Shown here: in pieces, positions 57,869-64,000 of the stretch
Layout: each line of letters begins with the position of its first letter
Numbering within the stretch: the first letter of the stretch is position 1
Virus record (IMG/VR): IMGVR_UViG_3300022752_000025
Span: 68,274 to 132,273 of that record
Direction: 5' to 3' (one strand)
From: a virus
DNA length: 64,000 nucleotides
Made by a program: the position numbers and the translations under genes
Notes under the pieces: model-generated
Told to the model about the DNA's origin: nothing
Database searches by the model: none
Seen by the model: the letters and a program-made list of their open reading frames with translations, nothing else

Positions 57869-59787
57869 TCGTGTCTAGAAAAAAGAAATTAGTTTATCAA
57901 TCGGACTATAGCTTGGCCAAAACTGGCTTTGGTAGGGCTACAAGAGCTTTATTAACTTATTTATATAAAACTGGTAAATATGAAATAGTAAATTATGCGT
58001 GTGGCATGCAATATTCAAATCCAGAACTTAAAAAAACTCCATGGAAATCTATTGGAGCTCTACCAGATGATCCAAGAGAAATTGAGCAATTAAATAGAGA
58101 CCCAAATCTTGCTAGGTTAGCTAGTTATGGAGCGCATAATTTAGATAAAATAATTAAAGAAGAAAAACCAGATGTTTATATTGCAGTTCAAGATATTTGG
58201 GGTATAGATTTTGCAATAGAAAAAAATTGGTTTAATAAAATAAATTCTGTATTATGGACCACTTTAGATTCGTTGCCAATATTACCTAGCGCAGTAGAAA
58301 AAGCGCCAAAAATAAAAAACTATTGGATATGGAGCGATTTTGCCACAAGAGAACTTCATAGACTGGGGCATGAGCATGTAAAAACTGTTCATGGGCCGTT
58401 AGATACTTCGAATTTTTATAGACTACCAGAAGAAGATAGATTAAAATTAAGGCATTCTTTTAATATTCCACAAGATGCATTTATAATTGGATTTGTATTC
58501 AGAAATCAACTTAGAAAAAGTGTTCCTAATCTATTAGAAGGATATGCCCTATGGAAAAGGTCTAATCCACAAATAAAAAATACATTTTTACTTCTACATA
58601 CTCATTGGGGAGAAGGTTGGAATATACATAAATTAGCTTTAGAATATGAAATAGATTTAAGAGAAATATTGACGACATATATTTGTAAAAATTGTAATAA
58701 TTATGAAATAAAACCATTCCATGGACAAGATGTAGCTTGTAGATTTTGTGGAGCCGAAAAAACTCAAATTACAACTAATGTTGGTTTAGGGGTATCAGAA
58801 GCTCAATTAAATCAAGTTTATAATTTAATGGATGTTTATTGTCACCCATTTACTAGTGGTGGGCAAGAAATACCAATTCAAGAAGCGAAACTAACCGAAC
58901 TAATAACGCTTGTCACAGATTATAGCTGTGGAGAAGAAATGTGCAAGGAAGAAGCTTGCAGTTTTCCGCTAGAATGGAGCGAATATAGAGAGCATGGGAC
59001 TGAATTCATAAAAGCTTCAACAAAACCAAATTCAATAGCTAAACAATTAAATAAAGTATACAATATGACTCTTCAAAAAAGAAGAGATATGGGCAGAAAA
59101 GCTAGAGAATGGACTATAGAAAATTTTTCAGTTGAAAATATAGGCAAAAGAATAGAAGAATTTATAGATAATTGTGAATTTGTAAATTATGATTTTCCCA
59201 TAGATGGAGAGGAGAAAGATCCATTTATACAAATTCCAGATATTAAAGATAATTCAGAATGGTTAATTTTTCTTTATCATAACATACTTAAAATGAAACA
59301 AATAGATGAAAAAGATGATGGTCATAAATATTGGATGCAAGAATTAAATAAAGGCGCAAAAAGACAAGATATAGAAAATTATTTTAGAAACGTAGCAGCT
59401 CAAGAAAATCAAAAAAATAAAAAAATAGATTTCGCAGACCTCTTAGACAAAGATGATAATGGTAGAAGAATATTATATGTTATGCCAGAGTCAATAGGAG
59501 ATATATATTTATCTACATCTTTATTTGAGAATATTAAAAAACAATATCCAAATTATAACTTATATGTAGCCGTGAAATCAGAATATATTGATATTCTTAA
59601 AGGAAATCCAATGATACATAAAACCATTCAATACATTCCTCAAATGGATCAATTACTTTGGCTTGAAGGAATGGGAGACCATAAAGGTTATTTTGAATTA
59701 GCATTTTTACCATTCATTGGTACTCAAAGAATACTAGATTATATACATAACGGTAAAACTAATATTCAATTTGATATAAAAGGATAA
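57862..59787 (+). CDS. GT4-like glycosyltransferase with Zn ribbon and C-terminal GT9-like segment
   Basis: KTGFGR, FRNQLRK, CKNC...CRFC, SGGQEIPIQEA, ESIGDI. Confidence 0.8.
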   Translation: MVIVSRKKKLVYQSDYSLAKTGFGRATRALLTYLYKTGKYEIVNYACGMQYSNPELKKTPWKSIGALPDDPREIEQLNRDPNLARLASYGAHNLDKIIKEEKPDVYIAVQDIWGIDFAIEKNWFNKINSVLWTTLDSLPILPSAVEKAPKIKNYWIWSDFATRELHRLGHEHVKTVHGPLDTSNFYRLPEEDRLKLRHSFNIPQDAFIIGFVFRNQLRKSVPNLLEGYALWKRSNPQIKNTFLLLHTHWGEGWNIHKLALEYEIDLREILTTYICKNCNNYEIKPFHGQDVACRFCGAEKTQITTNVGLGVSEAQLNQVYNLMDVYCHPFTSGGQEIPIQEAKLTELITLVTDYSCGEEMCKEEACSFPLEWSEYREHGTEFIKASTKPNSIAKQLNKVYNMTLQKRRDMGRKAREWTIENFSVENIGKRIEEFIDNCEFVNYDFPIDGEEKDPFIQIPDIKDNSEWLIFLYHNILKMKQIDEKDDGHKYWMQELNKGAKRQDIENYFRNVAAQENQKNKKIDFADLLDKDDNGRRILYVMPESIGDIYLSTSLFENIKKQYPNYNLYVAVKSEYIDILKGNPMIHKTIQYIPQMDQLLWLEGMGDHKGYFELAFLPFIGTQRILDYIHNGKTNIQFDIKG

Positions 59788-59790
59788 TTT

Positions 59791-60936
59791 ATGCATTTAA
59801 TAGAAAGATATGCTTCTTCATGCGGAGTAAAAATTGGTAAACCATATATTTACGATTCGTATTTTCCCATTTCTTCTGAGAAATTTATTACTTTCCAGCC
59901 CTACAGCAAGCCAGCAAAAAATTATGATTATTGGCAAGAAGTTATAGATTTGATACATCCATATCTAAAAGAAAATAATATAGATATACTTCAAATTGGA
60001 GCAAAAGATGACAGAAGATTAAATCATACGATTTATTTAGCTGGTCAAACTACAATATCTCAAGCTGCGTTTTTGATTAAAAGATCGATCTTGCATTTTG
60101 GAGCAGATAGCTTTGCTGTTCATATAGCTTCTGGATTTAATAAAAAAATAGTTGCATTATATAGCAATAATAATATTGAAAATGTAAAACCATATTGGTC
60201 TGATCCAAAAGACATTAAATTAATTTCAGCTATAAGCAAAACAAGCAAACCATCATATTCTTTAGGAGAAAATCCAAAAAATATTAATAATATTAAACCA
60301 GAAGAAATAGCTAAATCAATATTAGATCTTTTAAAAATTAAAAATAATATTAAACAAGAAACATTATATTTTGGCCAAGACTATCAAAATAAAACTTTAG
60401 AAATTATTCCAGATAAACCAATAAATCCGCAATCTATACCAATAGATAATCCAATAATAAGGATGGACTATTTCTTTAATGAAGAAGTTTTAGCTTTTTA
60501 TTTACAATTTAAAAAATGTATTATATTTACTAACCGCGAGCTTAACCCAAACTTAATATTAAAATTTAAACAAAATATTGGACAAATCATATATTTTGTA
60601 GAAGAAAATAATAATCCAGATTTTATTAAATTTCTTAAAAATAATGGCGTTCCTTACGCGCTTGTATCTTATCTAGGTGAAGTGCAATTAAATCAATATA
60701 AATTAGAATATATGGATTATGGTTTAATTTTAAATAAAAAAATATCAAATAAAGATATGGTTAAAAATTTAGATTTGAGTGGAAATTTATTCTACTTTTC
60801 TTCAAGGATGATTTTCTCTTCTGAAGGACAATTTTTATCTAAATTTGATTGGATAAATAAAAATAAAAATAAAGTGATAGATAATCCAGAATTTTGGAAA
60901 GAGATTGATAATTTCTATATTTATAGATTGACATAG
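59791..60936 (+). CDS. GT9-like glycosyltransferase
   Basis: AKNYDYW, ILQIG, HFGADSFAVHIAS. Confidence 0.78.
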   Translation: MHLIERYASSCGVKIGKPYIYDSYFPISSEKFITFQPYSKPAKNYDYWQEVIDLIHPYLKENNIDILQIGAKDDRRLNHTIYLAGQTTISQAAFLIKRSILHFGADSFAVHIASGFNKKIVALYSNNNIENVKPYWSDPKDIKLISAISKTSKPSYSLGENPKNINNIKPEEIAKSILDLLKIKNNIKQETLYFGQDYQNKTLEIIPDKPINPQSIPIDNPIIRMDYFFNEEVLAFYLQFKKCIIFTNRELNPNLILKFKQNIGQIIYFVEENNNPDFIKFLKNNGVPYALVSYLGEVQLNQYKLEYMDYGLILNKKISNKDMVKNLDLSGNLFYFSSRMIFSSEGQFLSKFDWINKNKNKVIDNPEFWKEIDNFYIYRLT

Positions 60937-60963
60937 AATATAACTTAATGTATCATTGAACTA

Positions 60964-61767
60964 ATGAGTTTAAAAATTAAAGAAGACAATACAGTTTCAA
61001 TTGGAAGCTCAGAACTATTTAATATTCCAATAACTAATTCATCAATAATTGAAGAGAATATTATTAATATGCCACCAATTCTTATAACAAGAAATAAATA
61101 TGGACTTATTGAAAATAAAAATGTAAATTATGTCTTCCATGAAGATGGAACAATTAATTGGCGTAAAATGGTTAAAACAGAATATCTTGTTCCCAATCGT
61201 CAAAAGACTCAAGAAATAGATGTTTCTAAATTAGAAGATAAAGATTTATTAATTCTTCTTGGTGGAATTAAAGAGTTAGCTCAAATTAGAGGATATTCTA
61301 AAGTAGAATATAAAGTAGTGGCTGCGAATGAATCTTATTATTCAACTTCATGCAGAATAACATGGATTCCAAATTATGAAACTGGTGATAAAGAGATTAT
61401 TTTTGAATCATTAGCTGACGCAAGCCTAAATAATACCAAAAGTTTCGCAAGATTCTTTTTAGCTGCAATTGCAGAAAATAGAGCTTTTGTTAGATGCGTC
61501 AGAAACTTCTTAAAAATTAATATCGTAGGCCAAGAAGAGCTTGGGGATGTTAAATTAATTGATGACTCTAGCGCTCAAGAGAGCCCAACTTCGCCTCAGG
61601 CTTTATTAGCTAAAGTAATGAAAGATAAAAGTATTTCTTTTGATCAATTAAAGAAAAAATTAGTTAAAGAAAAATTTGAAAATTCTGAAAATTTCAATAG
61701 TATATTAGATATACCAAAAAGTAAAATATTTGAATTAATAGAAAGGATAAAAGCAAAAAATGAATGA
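60964..61767 (+). CDS. conserved hypothetical protein, possible ssDNA-annealing protein
   Basis: ILLGGIKELAQIRG...AIAENRAFVRCVRNFL..V.QEE. Confidence 0.5.
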   Translation: MSLKIKEDNTVSIGSSELFNIPITNSSIIEENIINMPPILITRNKYGLIENKNVNYVFHEDGTINWRKMVKTEYLVPNRQKTQEIDVSKLEDKDLLILLGGIKELAQIRGYSKVEYKVVAANESYYSTSCRITWIPNYETGDKEIIFESLADASLNNTKSFARFFLAAIAENRAFVRCVRNFLKINIVGQEELGDVKLIDDSSAQESPTSPQALLAKVMKDKSISFDQLKKKLVKEKFENSENFNSILDIPKSKIFELIERIKAKNE

Positions 61768-61954
61768 AGAAAACAATAACCAGCAACCATCTCTAAATAT
61801 ATCAGAGGATAAATTCAGAGTTGATATATCAAGGGATGATCTTAATACTTTTTTTAAATTTATATCTAGAGTTGATTTAAAAGGTCAAGAAGTACCAGAA
61901 TTTAATAAATTGCTCAGTATATTTATGCCTCAAAATTTGAAGAAAGCTAATTAA
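61760..61954 (+). CDS. small hypothetical protein
   Basis: 64-aa ORF overlapping the previous stop. Confidence 0.55.
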   Translation: MNEENNNQQPSLNISEDKFRVDISRDDLNTFFKFISRVDLKGQEVPEFNKLLSIFMPQNLKKAN

Positions 61955-64000
61955 GTATAAAAATCACTAGCTAAAATTAAACATTTTTTAGTTTCTCCAT
62001 TTACGCAAATGGAGAATTCTCGTAATTTAATTATAGCACTAGTTGGAGTAATATCGGCTATTGATAAACTAATGCTTTTACTTGCTGGGCCAGTTCCACC
62101 ATAAGCAATATTTTCTAATGTCAAAGCAGAATTACTATCAGTTTTTAAACGTATATGATTAGTGCTACTTGTAGTATAAAAATCACTATAAGTTGAAGTT
62201 GCGCCCATTCTAGATTTTATCGTTGAGGAATATTCAGCGGTAATAGCAGTTGAAGATGAATCTGAATAAAAAGAAGATTTTATTGGAGAACTACCACCAT
62301 AAGCTGTTATGGAAGTATAATTACTAGCTGTTGTTAAATTATTTTCAAATACATTTGTCGTTGCACCATATTTTGTAGTTAATTCTGCGTAAGTAGGTAA
62401 TACCCTGCCTATAACATTAAAAGAATTTGCGGCGCCATAATTTGTCGTCACTCCAATCGTACATTGATCAGCATAAGTATCTATCCATCCCTGATAATTA
62501 CCATACATGGTTTCTAGAGATGTATAAGAATAATTTTTAGCAGTAAAAAGTCTACTATAAATTGTGTCACTATATTTTGTTTCAACTTTTGTATAGTTTG
62601 TATCTACAAGAACTATTTCTGAACTTGTATTTTGTTTTGTAAGATATATCCCATCTGAAGCATTTTCTGCTCCAAGCATTTGTAATGTTGCTACTGGACA
62701 ATTGGTTGTTCCAATTGATACTCGATCAGATGCTTCATCATAACTTGCCCAACATGCTGCGCCAGTAACAAGATCAAGATTAACTGAATCTGTTGATAGA
62801 ATCCAAAGACCATTTGCGGTATTTGGTCTCCAATTTCTGAAAATTGCATCTCCAGCACCTAATGAAAGAGTGTTAGGATTAATAAGCACATGCTTGGTTC
62901 CAGCATATGCTTCAAAGTATCCTCCGTTTGAATTTGCTACATTTAGAGCATAACTTGTAGAATTAAATTGTGCACCAACTCCAGCAGCAGATGAAGTTAC
63001 CTCTGCATAAGATTTTGCACTAGAGCTTGTATAAACTTGAAATCTTGGACTTGCTGAATCATAAACAGATATCTGACTATAGGTAGATTTTTTCTCTAGA
63101 AAAACCCCATTTGCTCCACCATTTCCTATTACTGCAAGGTCTGTTACAGGACAATTGGCATTTCCTATAGTAAGATAACTTGAAGCAGAATTATAACTTG
63201 CCCAGCATACTCCAGTAACAAGATCAAGATTAACTGAATCTGTTGATAGAATCCAAAGACCATTTGCGGTATTTGGTCTCCAATTTCTGAAAATTGCATC
63301 TCCAGCACCTAATGAAAGAGTGTTAGGATTAATAAGCACATGCTTGGTTCCAGCATATGCTTCAAAGTATCCTCCGTTTGAATTTGCTACATTTAGAGCA
63401 TAACTTGTAGAATTAAATTGTGCACCAACTCCAGCAGCAGATGAAGTTACCTCTGCATAAGATTTTGCACTAGAGCTTGTATAAACTTGAAATCTTGGAC
63501 TTGCTGAATCATAAACAGATATCTGACTATAGGTAGATTTTTTCTCTAGAAAAACCCCATTTGCTCCACCATTTCCTATTACTGCAAGGTCTGTTACAGG
63601 ACAATTGGCATTTCCTATAGTAAGATAACTTGAAGCAGAATTATAACTTGCCCAGCATACTCCAGTAACAAGATCAAGATTAACTGAATCTGTTGATAGA
63701 ATCCAAAGACCATTTGCGGTATTTGGTCTCCAATTTCTGAAAATTGCATCTCCAGCACCTAATGAAAGAGTGTTAGGATTAATAAGCACATGCTTGGTTC
63801 CAGCATATGCTTCAAAGTATCCTCCGTTTGAATTTGCTACATTTAGAGCATAACTTGTAGAATTAAATTGTGCACCAACTCCAGCAGCAGATGAAGTTAC
63901 CTCTGCATAAGATTTTGCACTAGAGCTTGTATAAACTTGAAATCTTGGACTTGCTGAATCATAAACAGATATCTGACTATAGGTAGATTTTTTCTCTAGA
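61951..64000 (-). CDS. Ser/Thr-rich tail fibre/adhesin-like protein, C-terminal part (frame stays open beyond window end)
   Basis: Beta-rich repeats and C-terminal LREFSICVNG..KKCLILAS; the 150-aa repeat keeps the frame open to 64000. Confidence 0.7.
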   Translation of the reverse strand, partial: LEKKSTYSQISVYDSASPRFQVYTSSSAKSYAEVTSSAAGVGAQFNSTSYALNVANSNGGYFEAYAGTKHVLINPNTLSLGAGDAIFRNWRPNTANGLWILSTDSVNLDLVTGVCWASYNSASSYLTIGNANCPVTDLAVIGNGGANGVFLEKKSTYSQISVYDSASPRFQVYTSSSAKSYAEVTSSAAGVGAQFNSTSYALNVANSNGGYFEAYAGTKHVLINPNTLSLGAGDAIFRNWRPNTANGLWILSTDSVNLDLVTGVCWASYNSASSYLTIGNANCPVTDLAVIGNGGANGVFLEKKSTYSQISVYDSASPRFQVYTSSSAKSYAEVTSSAAGVGAQFNSTSYALNVANSNGGYFEAYAGTKHVLINPNTLSLGAGDAIFRNWRPNTANGLWILSTDSVNLDLVTGAACWASYDEASDRVSIGTTNCPVATLQMLGAENASDGIYLTKQNTSSEIVLVDTNYTKVETKYSDTIYSRLFTAKNYSYTSLETMYGNYQGWIDTYADQCTIGVTTNYGAANSFNVIGRVLPTYAELTTKYGATTNVFENNLTTASNYTSITAYGGSSPIKSSFYSDSSSTAITAEYSSTIKSRMGATSTYSDFYTTSSTNHIRLKTDSNSALTLENIAYGGTGPASKSISLSIADITPTSAIIKLREFSICVNGETKKCLILASDFYT
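62762..64000. repeat. perfect 450-bp tandem repeat (at least 2.75 copies)
   Basis: CCAGTAACAAGATCAAGATT begins at 62762, 63212 and 63662; no mismatches seen. Confidence 0.95.

Noticed and set aside
1-64000. Stop-codon reassignment
   Set aside because: Conserved genes are full length in code 11 and end at TAA, TAG or TGA; no suppressor tRNA seen.
61951-64000. Diversity-generating retroelement template/variable repeats
   Set aside because: Repeats are identical, with no adenine-specific mismatches, and there is no reverse transcriptase in the window.

Overview
A very AT-rich, gene-dense 64 kb segment of a large (jumbo-type) dsDNA bacteriophage. Two PEP-CTERM proteins and a sigma-54 promoter suggest a PVC-superphylum host such as Verrucomicrobia (inference). 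Genes in the left ~20 kb lie mostly on the minus strand: DNA ligase, HNH-AP2 endonuclease, UvsE, three tRNAs, sugar-modifying enzymes, an HPAT-like glycosyltransferase, putative virion proteins, PurA, a GuaB/GuaC-family enzyme and dCMP deaminase. The rest lies mostly on the plus strand: dNMP kinase, a sigma factor, NrdAB, tmRNA, PEP-CTERM proteins, a glycosyltransferase/Gmd/ColD cluster, and a replisome block (RecA-like, DnaB, ThyX, primase, split DnaE with DnaQ-like exonuclease, Whirly-like SSB). The most striking element is at 15982-16376 (minus). It is a free-standing group I intron core with its own promoter and no upstream exon, and its guide sequence pairs with a 5' splice site DOWNSTREAM of the exon. 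This looks like a natural permuted intron-exon arrangement. It is predicted to release a 125-nt circular RNA carrying a junction-spanning Arg-rich 28-aa ORF, and to trim the 5' end of the mRNA for the following 923-aa gene. Other notable items are an unexplained structured ~320-nt RNA near the tmRNA, a tRNA-Ser with ACT anticodon, a plant-type Hyp-arabinosyltransferase-like gene near an extensin-like Ser-Pro protein, a 27-bp dyad repeat cluster, and a recurrent GTGTAA promoter motif. All calls are by eye; no searches or folding programs were run.
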